Positions 1 to 9,322 of a stretch of DNA of 64,000 nucleotides are shown one piece after another. A model generated the notes under the pieces. It ran no database searches, had not been told where the DNA came from, and saw only the letters and a program-made list of their open reading frames with translations. Each line of letters begins with the position of its first letter. The first letter of the stretch is position 1. The translations under genes and the position numbers were made by a program. The stretch comes from a bacterium. GTDB taxonomy: Bacteria; RBG-13-61-14; DATKZS01. The DNA is taken from NCBI GenBank assembly GCA_963674965.2, contig CAXXFL010000001.1:1216001-1280000 (forward strand). The letters are read 5' to 3'.

Positions 1-562
1 CCACCACCGGTTTTTTCTCGGCCAGCTTTTTGACCTCGTCGTGGATTTCCTGGGAGGCCCCGACCGTGCCTCCGGGCGAGTCGACCCGAAGGACCACGGC
101 CGCGATGGAGCCGTCGTCGCGGAAACGGTGAATCTGGTCTATCGTTTCCTTCGACTCCATGATGATACCCTCGATCTTGATCACGCCGACCTTCTTGCCG
201 AAGTTGACGCTTCCGGCCGACATGAAAACGCCCATCAAGGTCATCAGCGCCAGAGCGGCCAGAGCCAAGGTAAGCACGGCAAGTATCGGGTGCTGCTTTA
301 AAAAGCTCTTTCGCTCCGGAGGCGGCGCCCATTGGTGCTGGTAACCCAGGTTATTCCATCCCGCGGGGCCCGACTGTCCCGGATACTGGCCGGAAACGTC
401 GCTCCAGCCGGCGCCGGACGGGTAACCGAAGTCGGAAGAAACCTCGGCGGGACGAGCGCCATCCCCGGCGGCCCAGCCCCGCTGTTCAGCCGGTCCTTCC
501 GACGGTCCCCGCCCCCCTACAACGGGAGAATCGGGTTTAGGGTCTTTTTCCTCGTCGTTCAT
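1..562 (-). CDS. sppA: Signal peptide peptidase SppA (S49), 5' part; runs off the window start
   Basis: Not in the ORF track; translated by hand from ATG at 562: MNDEEKDPKP...LAVLTLALAALALMTLMGVF (TM)...KVGVIKIEGII...AAVVLRVDSPGGTVGASQEIHDEVKKLAEKKPVV, with the S49 motif DSPGG. Lies directly downstream of rpsA. Confidence 0.9.
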   Translation of the reverse strand, partial: MNDEEKDPKPDSPVVGGRGPSEGPAEQRGWAAGDGARPAEVSSDFGYPSGAGWSDVSGQYPGQSGPAGWNNLGYQHQWAPPPERKSFLKQHPILAVLTLALAALALMTLMGVFMSAGSVNFGKKVGVIKIEGIIMESKETIDQIHRFRDDGSIAAVVLRVDSPGGTVGASQEIHDEVKKLAEKKPVV

Positions 563-586
563 ATATTACCCGCCGCTTGAAATCCC

Positions 587-3481
587 TTACTCGGTTTTCT
601 CCTCGGCTGGCCCGGAGGCCTCATCCGAGGCGCTATCCGAGGGAGGTCCCTCGCCGCCGGACGCGGACGCCTCGGCCTCTTCCCGCGCTTCTTCCTCGCC
701 GGCCTTGTCGCCTCCGCCCTCATCAGAAGCGGAGCTTTCCTCGGGAGCCTTCTCTTCCGCGCCTTCATCGGCGGAAGCCGTCTCGGCCTGGACCGCCGAA
801 TCTTCCTGGACCGCCGAAGCTTCCTGGACCGCCGAAGCTTCCTCGCCCGCCAAAGCTTCCTCGCCCGCCAAAGCTTCCTCGCCCGCCGGTGCTTCCTCCT
901 TGGCCGCGTCGTTCATCTTGATCTTGGAAAGCTTGTCCTGGATCAACTCGCCCAGCTTCGAGGTCCCGTCGCCCTCCTGCTTGCTGTACTTGTTGACCAC
1001 CGCCGTTTCCTCGGTCCGCTCCAGGGCCTTCACCGAGAGCCTGATCTTTCGCTCGGTGATGTCCACGTTGAGAATCTCAGCGGTGATCTCCTGGCCCGGC
1101 TGTACCATTTCCGAGGGGTCCTTGACCTTGTCGTGAGAAAGCTCGCTCACGTGGATAAGTCCCTCGATGCCCTCCTCGAGCTCGACGAAGACGCCGAAGT
1201 CGGTAATGTTGACCACCTTGCCCACGGCGTCCATGCCCGGGCGGTACTTGGCGGGAACGCTTTCCCAGGGGTCGGCCATGGCCTGCTTGACACCCAGGCT
1301 GAACCTTTCGTTCTCCTTGTCTATTTTGAGGACCACGCAGTCCACTTCCTGTCCCTTTTTAACGACCTCGGAAGGATGTTTCACGCGCTTGGTCCAGGAA
1401 AGGTCGGATATATGAACCAGGCCGTCGATGCCGTCCTCGACCCCGATGAAGACGCCGAAGTTGGTAATGTTCCTGACCTTGCCCGAGACGCGGGTGCCCT
1501 CGGGGTATTTGAGCTCGAGCATGTCCCAGGGGTTCTGCTGGGCCTGCTTGATGGAAAGGCTGATTCTTCTGTTGACCGTGTCGATGTCCAGGACCTTGCA
1601 CTCCACTTCCTGGTTGACCTGAACGTACTTGGAGGGATGGACCCGCTTCTTGTTCCAGCTCATCTCGGATATGTGCACCAGGCCCTCGACGCCCCGCTCG
1701 AGCTCGACGAACGCGCCGTAGTCGGTCACGCTCACCACGTTGCCCACCACGATGGTGCCGATGGGGTATTTTTTCTCGACGTTGTCCCAGGGGTCGGGCA
1801 GTATCTGCTTGAGGCCGAGGCTGACCTTTTCGGTGTCCTTGTTAAAGCGAAGGACCTTGACCGTTATCTCCTGGCCCACGTCCATGATCTCGGAGGGATG
1901 GTTGATCCGGCCGTAGCTCATGTCCGTGATATGGAGAAGGCCGTCGATGCCGCCCAGGTCCACGAAGGCTCCGTACTCGGTCAGGTTCTTGACCACGCCC
2001 GTTACCACCTGGTCCTTTTCCAGGCCGTCCAGGGTCTCGGAGCGCTTGGACTCGAATTCCTTTTCCATGACCGCCCGCCTGCTTACCACCACGTTGCCGC
2101 GTTTCCGGTTGAACTTGATGATAAGGAACTCGCCGTCCGTTCCCAGCAGTTTCTCCAGGTTGCGGGAGGGACGAAGGTCGGCCTGGCTGCCGGGCAGGAA
2201 GGCGTTGACCCCGATGTCAACCATCAGGCCGCCCTTGACCTTCTCCGTGATCCTCCCGGTTACGGGCTTCTCATCCTTGAAGGCCTCCTCGAGGTCGTTC
2301 CATACCCGGCGCTTCTCCGCCTTGTCCTTCGAGATGCGGATGATGCCGTCTTCCTCGTCCCGCCGCTCGATAAGCACCTCGACGTCCATGCCCACCTCGA
2401 CGTTCTCGCCGTGGAACTCGGAAAGGGGCACGTGCCCCTCGGACTTGTCCCCGATGTCAACCATCACGTGGTCCTTGTGGACCCCCACCACCACGCCTTT
2501 TATGATCTCGCCCTCGTCGTACTCCCGCTTTTTCAAGCTTTCCTCGAAGAGGGCGCCGAAATCCTCGGGTTCTTCCTCTTTCTCCGTCTCGGCCGCCGGA
2601 GCCTGGGGAGGGGACGCCTCCGAGACGCCTTCCGTCTCCGGGGAAACCGCGGCCGGCTGGGAAGTCTCCGCCGCCGTCTCCATGTTTGCCCTTTCCGTTA
2701 CGGCCGCCTCGGCCGCCTTGTCCTCACCCGTCTTTTCCAAGTCTTGCTCGTTGTTTCCGTTTTCGTTGTTAACCAATACCCCGTCCTCCAACCTAACTTT
2801 ATTCTCCGGCCGCCCGGCGGATTCCACCAGCCTGAGAATCTCTTTTACCACCTCGTCGATGCTCATCGAGGTGGAATCGATCTCCTCGGCGTCTGGATGC
2901 CTTTTGAGCGGCGCCAATGAGCGCGTTGAATCGTCGTGGTCCCGCCGGCGGATGTCGGCGAGGACCGCGTCGTAATCGGCCTCAATACCCTTGTCCACCA
3001 ACTCTTTATAGCGTCTTCTCGCCCTCTCCTCGGGGGAGGCCGACAAGAAAACCTTGACCTCGGCGTTCGGGAACACCACCGTGCCTATGTCACGGCCCTC
3101 CATTACCACTCCTCCATCCTCTCCCATTCGTCTCTGAAGAAGCATAAGTCTTTCGCGAACGGAGGGAAGGGCCGAGATGGATGAGGCCTTCATTCCCATT
3201 TTCTCGTCCCGGATGGGGGACGACACGTCCTCCTCGCCGATAAAAGTCCTGGTCCCGCCCCCGGCCGTTTTCTGACGGAGGTCCAGGTTTTCCAAAAACT
3301 TCTCCATTGCCTCCGGGTCTTGAACTTCAACGCCCGCGCGGTCGGCGGCCAACGCCGCCGCTCGATACATCGCTCCAGTGTCGATGTACCGGTAAGAAAG
3401 CCTTGTGGCCACGGTCCGCGCTATTGTGCTTTTTCCCGCTCCGGAGGGTCCGTCTATGGCGATAACGTATCCTAATTTCAT
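587..3481 (-). CDS. cmk-rpsA: Cytidylate kinase fused in frame to 30S ribosomal protein S1
   Basis: N-terminal IAIDGPSGAGKST, YIDTGAMYR and VMEGRDIGTVVFP motifs (Cmk), an acidic linker, then S1 repeats (YGAFVDLGGIDGLLHITDMS, FGVFVELEEGIEGLIHVSEL) and an acidic tail. Confidence 0.9.
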   Translation of the reverse strand: MKLGYVIAIDGPSGAGKSTIARTVATRLSYRYIDTGAMYRAAALAADRAGVEVQDPEAMEKFLENLDLRQKTAGGGTRTFIGEEDVSSPIRDEKMGMKASSISALPSVRERLMLLQRRMGEDGGVVMEGRDIGTVVFPNAEVKVFLSASPEERARRRYKELVDKGIEADYDAVLADIRRRDHDDSTRSLAPLKRHPDAEEIDSTSMSIDEVVKEILRLVESAGRPENKVRLEDGVLVNNENGNNEQDLEKTGEDKAAEAAVTERANMETAAETSQPAAVSPETEGVSEASPPQAPAAETEKEEEPEDFGALFEESLKKREYDEGEIIKGVVVGVHKDHVMVDIGDKSEGHVPLSEFHGENVEVGMDVEVLIERRDEEDGIIRISKDKAEKRRVWNDLEEAFKDEKPVTGRITEKVKGGLMVDIGVNAFLPGSQADLRPSRNLEKLLGTDGEFLIIKFNRKRGNVVVSRRAVMEKEFESKRSETLDGLEKDQVVTGVVKNLTEYGAFVDLGGIDGLLHITDMSYGRINHPSEIMDVGQEITVKVLRFNKDTEKVSLGLKQILPDPWDNVEKKYPIGTIVVGNVVSVTDYGAFVELERGVEGLVHISEMSWNKKRVHPSKYVQVNQEVECKVLDIDTVNRRISLSIKQAQQNPWDMLELKYPEGTRVSGKVRNITNFGVFIGVEDGIDGLVHISDLSWTKRVKHPSEVVKKGQEVDCVVLKIDKENERFSLGVKQAMADPWESVPAKYRPGMDAVGKVVNITDFGVFVELEEGIEGLIHVSELSHDKVKDPSEMVQPGQEITAEILNVDITERKIRLSVKALERTEETAVVNKYSKQEGDGTSKLGELIQDKLSKIKMNDAAKEEAPAGEEALAGEEALAGEEASAVQEASAVQEDSAVQAETASADEGAEEKAPEESSASDEGGGDKAGEEEAREEAEASASGGEGPPSDSASDEASGPAEEKTE
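787..894. repeat. Six tandem 18-bp repeats in the rpsA C-terminal tail
   Basis: cctggaccgccgaa(t/g)ctt x3, cctcgcccgccaaagctt x2 and cctcgcccgccggtgctt; they encode EEALAG and EASAVQ-type units. Confidence 0.9.
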
Positions 3482-3484
3482 AAC

Positions 3485-4774
3485 TTATCTGGCCACTCCT
3501 GTCAAGCTGGAGGCGAAATTTGGAAAGGAGGTCGAGATGCACTCGGCGCCCTCGATGATGGTTTCTCCCTCGGCAATCAGGGCCGCCACGGCCGCCGACA
3601 TGCCTACCCTGTGGTCCAATCCGCAGGACACCCTCGCCCCTCTAAGGTTACTTTTCCCTTTGATTTCAAGGCCGTCCGGCCTTTCGTCCACATCGACTCC
3701 CATGGATTTTAGAAGTCCGGACATGGCGGAAATCCTGTCACTTTCCTTCACCCTAAGCTCGGCCGCGTCTTTGATCACCGTTTTTCCACTGGCCCGGGCG
3801 GCGGCCACGCAGAGCACCGGCAGCTCATCTATGGACCTGGGCACCGCGTCGCCTTCCACCGTGACCGCCCTCAAATCGGAGGCTCGAACGATCAGGTCGC
3901 ACACCGGCTCGCCGCCCTCGAGGCGCTCGTTCGTTCTCGATATGTCCGCGCCCATTTCCCCCAGCGCGTCGAGGATTCCCGACCGGGTGGGGTTTACGCC
4001 CACGTTCTCGATGAGAAGCTCGGAGCCGGGCACGATAAGAGCGGCGACGATGAAGAAAGCCGCCGAGGAAATATCTCCCGGCACGCGTATCTCGCCCGGC
4101 GACTCAAGCCCTTTGACTCCCTTTACTCCCGACCATCCGCCCTTTTCCCTTTTCACCTCGGCCCCGAAAAAGGGCAGCATCAATTCCGTGTGGTCCCTGG
4201 TGGGAGCCGGTTCCCTTACCCACGTCTCGCCCTCGGCGAAAAGGCCCGCCAGCAGGACCGAGCTTTTTACCTGGGCGCTGGCCACCGGCATCTCATACCG
4301 TATGGGTTTTAAAGGGCCCCCCTCGATTTTAAGAGGGGCCGTGCCGCCGGGGGCCGCCGACACTCTCGCGCCCATGAGGGCCAGGGGGTCGGTGATCCTG
4401 GCCATGGGCCTTTTAACGAGGCTCTCGTCTCCCGTCAACTCGACCTTTACGTCCAGTCCCGCGAGAAGGCCGGCGAGAAGCCTCATGCTGGTCCCGGAGT
4501 TGCCAAGGTAGATCGGTCCTTCCGGAGACTTGAGCGCTCGGTGTCCTTTTCCATGCGCGATAAAAGAGTCGCCGTCATCCTCGATGGCTACCCCCATGGC
4601 CTTGAAGGCGGAGGCCGTGCTTATAACGTCCTCCCCTTTGAGCGCGCCGCGTATCAAGGTCTTGCCCCGGGCCACGGATGCCAGCATCACGGCGCGATGG
4701 GAGATGGACTTGTCGCCCGGCGGCCGCGTCTTTCCTCTCAGGGGCCCCGAGGGCCCGAGTTTGAGGACGCTCAT
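3485..4774 (-). CDS. aroA: 3-phosphoshikimate 1-carboxyvinyltransferase (EPSP synthase)
   Basis: PGDKSISHRA, LGNSGTSMRL, ASAQVKS, RDHTE, ELRVKESDRI and DHR motifs. The ATG at 4774 overlaps the tyrA stop (ATGA); the ORF-track extension to 5152 is not credible. Confidence 0.95.
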   Translation of the reverse strand: MSVLKLGPSGPLRGKTRPPGDKSISHRAVMLASVARGKTLIRGALKGEDVISTASAFKAMGVAIEDDGDSFIAHGKGHRALKSPEGPIYLGNSGTSMRLLAGLLAGLDVKVELTGDESLVKRPMARITDPLALMGARVSAAPGGTAPLKIEGGPLKPIRYEMPVASAQVKSSVLLAGLFAEGETWVREPAPTRDHTELMLPFFGAEVKREKGGWSGVKGVKGLESPGEIRVPGDISSAAFFIVAALIVPGSELLIENVGVNPTRSGILDALGEMGADISRTNERLEGGEPVCDLIVRASDLRAVTVEGDAVPRSIDELPVLCVAAARASGKTVIKDAAELRVKESDRISAMSGLLKSMGVDVDERPDGLEIKGKSNLRGARVSCGLDHRVGMSAAVAALIAEGETIIEGAECISTSFPNFASSLTGVAR

Positions 4775-5652
4775 CCCTGGTCCCCCGAGGTGATCCTTTT
4801 GCGGACCTCGCGGCATCGGGTGAACCTCTCGAGCAGGGCCTTTTCGTTTCCCGCCTCGATTTCCCGCTTGACCTCGCCCAGCGTCGCGGTCAGCCTGTCG
4901 ATGGCCTCGATGATGGCGACGCGGTTGTCCAGGCAGACGTCCCTCCACATCTCGGGCGAGCTGGAGGCGACGCGGGTGAAGTCCTTCAAGCCTCCCGCCG
5001 AGAAGCGGAGCATGGGCACCTGGTCGTCCCATTTCAGCAGGGTGTCCACCAGGGCGTAGGCGACCATGTGGGGCAGGTGGCTTACCGCGCCGAGCACCAC
5101 GTCGTGAACGTCGGGGGCCATGGTCTCGACCCTGGCCCCCGCGGCCTCCCACAGTTTTTTCACCAGCTCGACGGCCGCGGGGTCGGTAAACTTCCCGGGC
5201 GTGAGGATGGTCCTCCTCCCCTTGTACAGGCCGGCCGTCGCGGCGATGGCGCCGGTCTTCTCGCTGCCCGCGATGGGATGGCCGGGGACCACGTGGACGT
5301 AGTTGGGCAGGTGTCCCACCAGCTCGCCCGTCACCACCTCCTTGGTGCTGCCCGCGTCGGTGACGATGGCGCCGGGCTTGATCAAGTGTGACACCTCGGC
5401 GATGATGGGGACCATCGAGCGGACGGGCACGGCCAGCATGATCACGTCGGCGCCCTCGACCGCCTCGGCCGCCTCGGTGGTCGCGTCGTCAATGGCCCCG
5501 ATGGCGAGAGCGTCGTACAGGTTTTCCTTGGTCCTTCCGCACCCGACGACGCTTTCCACCGCTCCCGCCTCCTTCAAGGCCAGGGCGAAGGACCCGCCGA
5601 TAAGGCCGACGCCGATGACGGCGAGTCGCTTGACGCTCGCGCTCACGCGCAT
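4771..5652 (-). CDS. tyrA: Prephenate/arogenate dehydrogenase
   Basis: VIGVGLIGGS Rossmann motif, TDAGSTK, HPIAGSE, HD...SHLPH and DFTRVASSSPEMW. The start may be GTG 5646, overlapping the hisC stop. Confidence 0.93.
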   Translation of the reverse strand: MRVSASVKRLAVIGVGLIGGSFALALKEAGAVESVVGCGRTKENLYDALAIGAIDDATTEAAEAVEGADVIMLAVPVRSMVPIIAEVSHLIKPGAIVTDAGSTKEVVTGELVGHLPNYVHVVPGHPIAGSEKTGAIAATAGLYKGRRTILTPGKFTDPAAVELVKKLWEAAGARVETMAPDVHDVVLGAVSHLPHMVAYALVDTLLKWDDQVPMLRFSAGGLKDFTRVASSSPEMWRDVCLDNRVAIIEAIDRLTATLGEVKREIEAGNEKALLERFTRCREVRKRITSGDQG

Positions 5653-6734
5653 TCCTTGAGGGCCGCAATAAACCTTTCGTTCTCGCTTTGCGTGCCCACG
5701 GTGGCCCGGAGGTACTCGGGCAGGCGGTAGCCACCCATGGGTCGCACGATGACGCCCTTGTGAAGGAGCTTGTCATACAGGTCCTTGGCGTCGATCGGGC
5801 TCTTGAAAAGAATGAAGTTGCCCACCGAGGGAAGGTAGCCGATGCCCATATCCTTGAAGCTCTTCTCGAGGTACTTCATGCCCTCGAGGTTGACCCTCTT
5901 TACCTCCTCGAGGAAGTCCTCGTCGTCCAGGGCCGCCTCGGCCGCGATCTGGGCCGGGACGCTGGTGTTGAAGGGCTGGCGCACGCGGTTCATGAAGTCG
6001 GCCTTGTCCGCGCTCATGACCCCGAACCCTATGCGCAGGGCGGCCAGCCCGTAAATCTTGGAAAAGGTGCGCGTGGCGATGACGTTGGCCCCCGCCTTGG
6101 CCAGCTCGACACCATTAGGATAGTCGTCCCTGTTAACGTACTCGAAGTAGGCCTCGTCAATCACCACGATAACGTCGTCGGGAATCGACTCGAGAAGCTC
6201 GTCCATCTCGGACTTGGTGTTGTAGGTTCCCGTCGGGTTGTTGGGGTTGGCGATGAACAGAAGACGCGTGTTGTCCTTGACCGCCTTGGCCATGGCGCGA
6301 AGGTCGTGGCCATAATCCTTGCCGGGTGGGACCACGGTCTTCTCGAAGCCCCTGGCGTCAACGGCCAGGTCGTAAACCACGAAGGCGTGCTCGCTCACCA
6401 CCGCGTGGTCGCCGGGCCTCATGAAGGTGGCCGCCACCAGCTCGAGTATCTCGTTGCTTCCGTTGCCGGGGATTATCATGTTCTGGCTCACGCCCAGCTT
6501 GGCCGCCAGCTTGTCCTTGAGCAGGGTGGCGTTCCCGTCCGGGTACCTGTGCAGGTCCGTTAGAGAATTCTTAAGGGCCGCGACCGCCTTGGGCGAGGGG
6601 CCCAGGGGGTTCTCGTTGCTGGCTATCTTGATCGAGTCCTTGATCCCCAGTTCCCGCTCGAGTTCCTCGATGGGCTTTCCGGGCACGTAGGGGACCAGTT
6701 TCTTGATGTAGTCGGCGACTATTTCTTTTTTCAT
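5643..6734 (-). CDS. hisC: Histidinol-phosphate aminotransferase
   Basis: ASNENPLGPS, GNGSNE, NPNNPTG, DEAYFE and RTFSKIYGLAALRIG (PLP lysine). Confidence 0.95.
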   Translation of the reverse strand: MKKEIVADYIKKLVPYVPGKPIEELERELGIKDSIKIASNENPLGPSPKAVAALKNSLTDLHRYPDGNATLLKDKLAAKLGVSQNMIIPGNGSNEILELVAATFMRPGDHAVVSEHAFVVYDLAVDARGFEKTVVPPGKDYGHDLRAMAKAVKDNTRLLFIANPNNPTGTYNTKSEMDELLESIPDDVIVVIDEAYFEYVNRDDYPNGVELAKAGANVIATRTFSKIYGLAALRIGFGVMSADKADFMNRVRQPFNTSVPAQIAAEAALDDEDFLEEVKRVNLEGMKYLEKSFKDMGIGYLPSVGNFILFKSPIDAKDLYDKLLHKGVIVRPMGGYRLPEYLRATVGTQSENERFIAALKECA

Positions 6735-6841
6735 TTCACAACTCCTTGACGTGTTGGGGGACCGATATAAAGCTCCCCCCTATAGCGGGAGAACCGCTCT
6801 TTTATCGCCCCGCGCCCGAGGCCCGAGGCCCCGCGCGCCGA

Positions 6842-7975
6842 TCAAACTCCCAGGAACTGGTGTTCCTTTCTAACTCTCGGGTAAGATCCCAGGACCTTGA
6901 CGAAGACGCAGTCCTCCTCGAGTTCCTTTAGGGCGCCCGCTATCTCCGGCTCGGACGTGTGTCCGTTCATCTCTATAAAGAACACGTATTCCCAGGCCCT
7001 TCCCTTGAGGGGCCTGCTCTCGATCTTGGACAGGTTTATGTCCCTTCCCGCGAAATGGCCGAGGGCGTCGTAAAGGACGCCCGGCCTGTCCTTGACGGAA
7101 AACACGATCGAGGTCGTGTCCCGGCCGCTTCTTGGTCCCATCTCCCTGCCGATGACCAGGAACCTGGTATAGTTGTGCTTCAAGTCCTCGACGCCCTGGG
7201 CGATGGTCTTGAGGTTGTAGTAAACCCCGGCGAACTCGCTGGCGATGGCGGCCGCGTCCCTGTCCACCGCGGCCATCCTGGCGGCCTCCGAGGTGCTGGC
7301 CACCTCTTGCACGGTCACGCTGGGCAGGTTCTTTCTCAGCCAGTTCCTGCACTGGGCCAGGGCGTGAGGATGGGAATAAATCCTTTGCACTTTCTGTACG
7401 TCGCCCGTGAGGCTGAGCAGGTTATGGGTTATCTCGAGGACTATCTCGGCGCAAATGGTAAGGTCCGAGTGCAGGAACATGTCCAGGGTGTGGGTCACCA
7501 CTCCCTCGGTCGAGTTCTCGATGGGGACCACGCCGTAGTCCGCGTGTCCTCTTTCGACCTCCTCGAACACGTCCGAGATGCTCCGCTCGGCCACGAAGTC
7601 GGCCCGGTGTCCGAACTGCTGCCTTCCCGCTATGTGAGTAAAGGTGGCCTCGGGCCCGAGGTAGGCCACCTGGAGCTTCTTCTCGAGGGACCGGCAGGCG
7701 CTTATGATCTCCCTGAAGACGGGCTTGATCGAGTCGGTGGGAAAAGGCCCCGAGTTAAGCGAGTGAAGCCGCTCGAAGATGTCCTCCTCCCGGCCGGGGA
7801 TGTAGTACAGCTTCGAGCGGGACCTTTTGATCTCGCCGATCTCCCGGGCCAACTCGGCCCGCTTGTTTAAAAGGGCAAGTATCTTGCCGTCCGCCTGGTC
7901 GATCTTTTTCCTGACGTCCTTTATCCGTATATCGACGTCCGGGTCCTTGGCGCTTTTACCGGTTTTTTTCGCCAC
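6842..7975 (-). CDS. pheA: Chorismate mutase/prephenate dehydratase (P-protein)
   Basis: N-terminal CM domain (RKKIDQAD...LNKRA), then YLGPEATFT, VPIENSTEG, SHPHALAQC, NYTRF and the ACT motif IESRP. Confidence 0.95.
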   Translation of the reverse strand: MAKKTGKSAKDPDVDIRIKDVRKKIDQADGKILALLNKRAELAREIGEIKRSRSKLYYIPGREEDIFERLHSLNSGPFPTDSIKPVFREIISACRSLEKKLQVAYLGPEATFTHIAGRQQFGHRADFVAERSISDVFEEVERGHADYGVVPIENSTEGVVTHTLDMFLHSDLTICAEIVLEITHNLLSLTGDVQKVQRIYSHPHALAQCRNWLRKNLPSVTVQEVASTSEAARMAAVDRDAAAIASEFAGVYYNLKTIAQGVEDLKHNYTRFLVIGREMGPRSGRDTTSIVFSVKDRPGVLYDALGHFAGRDINLSKIESRPLKGRAWEYVFFIEMNGHTSEPEIAGALKELEEDCVFVKVLGSYPRVRKEHQFLGV

Positions 7976-8204
7976 TTGGCCAGCCCTCCTTAAGACCTTC
8001 GATCCTATTATAATTCCCGCTTGGTTTCAACCGGCGGTCCGCGTCGGCGCTTTGAAAAGCGAGTAATAATGAGGGGAAGCTTTACACGGCCCGGTTTCTG
8101 AATTATCTTAATAAATAAGGAGGTTTCCTCGAGCCTGCCCGAGTTGGACGGTTTTTCCTCCCCGCCTTTTATGGCCCCGGGATTGACGCTGGAGTAATTG
8201 ATAC

Positions 8205-9203
8205 TTGCTTGTACTTGGCATAGAGAGTTCCTGCGACGAGACGGCCGCCGCGGTCGTCGGCGAGGGGGGCCGCTCGCTTTCGGACGTCATCGCCAGCCAG
8301 GACGAAATCCACTCGGCCTTTGGGGGGGTGGTCCCCGAGCTGGCGGCCCGGGCCCACATGGAAAGGGTCCAGCCCGTCATCCGGGAGGCCCTGTCTCGAG
8401 CGGGAGTGGGCGTCGAGGATATCGAGGGCGTAGCCGTCACCTCCGGTCCGGGACTCTCCGTCTGCCTTCTCGTCGGCATCCAGGCGGCCAAGGGCATAGC
8501 TCTCGGGCTGGGTATACCCCTGGTGGGCGTGAACCACCTGGAGGGCCATCTTCTGGCCTCCTTTATCGACGGGAGCCGTCCGCCGCCGGAGTATCCCTTC
8601 ATCGGCCTGGTGGCCTCGGGAGGACACACGTCCTTGTACCTGGCCTCGGCTCCGGGGAAATACAAGCGGCTGGGTCATACCCTTGACGACGCGGCGGGCG
8701 AGGCTTTTGACAAGACGGCCAAGGTCCTTGGCCTTCCATATCCTGGGGGGAGGGAAATCCAGGTCCTGGCGGAGAGGGGCGATCCTCGAGCGATCGATTT
8801 TCCCCGCCCTCTTCTGGCCAGGCCGGGCTACGATTTCAGTTTCTCCGGACTCAAGACGGCGGTAATCAACTATGTGGCCAAGATGGAAGGAGAACTTAAT
8901 CGAGCCGACGTGGCGGCTTCCTTCCAGGCGGCCGCGGTCGAGCTACTGGTTGCCAAGACCACAAGGGCCGCCAGGGAACTGGGGGTGCCCCGCATAGTGG
9001 TCTCGGGCGGCGTGGCCGCCAACCGGCTATTACGGGAAGAATTCGAGAAGGCCGGTTCTCGAGAGCTTCTCCAATTGTGGTTCCCGGGTCTTCGACTTTG
9101 CACCGACAACGCCGCCATGATAGCCCACGTGGGCCGAGGTCTTCTGAAAAACGGAGGAAACGACGGACCGGGCCTCGCGCCTCGCGCGGTCTGGCCCCTG
9201 TAA
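8205..9203 (+). CDS. tsaD: tRNA N6-adenosine threonylcarbamoyltransferase
   Basis: LGIESSCDET, GGVVPELAARAH, NHLEGH, ASGGHT, DDAAGEAFDK, FSFSGLKT and CTDNAAMIA. Confidence 0.96.
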   Translation: MLVLGIESSCDETAAAVVGEGGRSLSDVIASQDEIHSAFGGVVPELAARAHMERVQPVIREALSRAGVGVEDIEGVAVTSGPGLSVCLLVGIQAAKGIALGLGIPLVGVNHLEGHLLASFIDGSRPPPEYPFIGLVASGGHTSLYLASAPGKYKRLGHTLDDAAGEAFDKTAKVLGLPYPGGREIQVLAERGDPRAIDFPRPLLARPGYDFSFSGLKTAVINYVAKMEGELNRADVAASFQAAAVELLVAKTTRAARELGVPRIVVSGGVAANRLLREEFEKAGSRELLQLWFPGLRLCTDNAAMIAHVGRGLLKNGGNDGPGLAPRAVWPL

Positions 9204-9322
9204 CTCGTTTTATAATCCGGAGAAAACCTGCGATAATAATAATTTGGACTTAATTTCAGGCAAGGGCAAAGCCCGCGTGGAAAAGAAGGGAGCCGACCCT
9301 CCAGCGCGGAGATGGAAAATAG

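Noticed and set aside
787-894. Repeat array as a possible CRISPR
   Set aside because: The units are contiguous with no spacers, in frame within a CDS, and no cas genes are present.
1133-2975. Long plus-strand ORFs (595 aa and 351 aa) opposite cmk-rpsA, and similar antisense ORFs throughout the window
   Set aside because: Shadow frames of GC-rich genes with no recognisable motifs; the opposite strand encodes clear proteins.
4775-5152. Apparent 126-aa N-terminal extension of AroA, suggesting a TyrA-AroA fusion
   Set aside because: It overlaps tyrA in another frame; ATG 4774 overlapping the tyrA stop gives a normal-length AroA.
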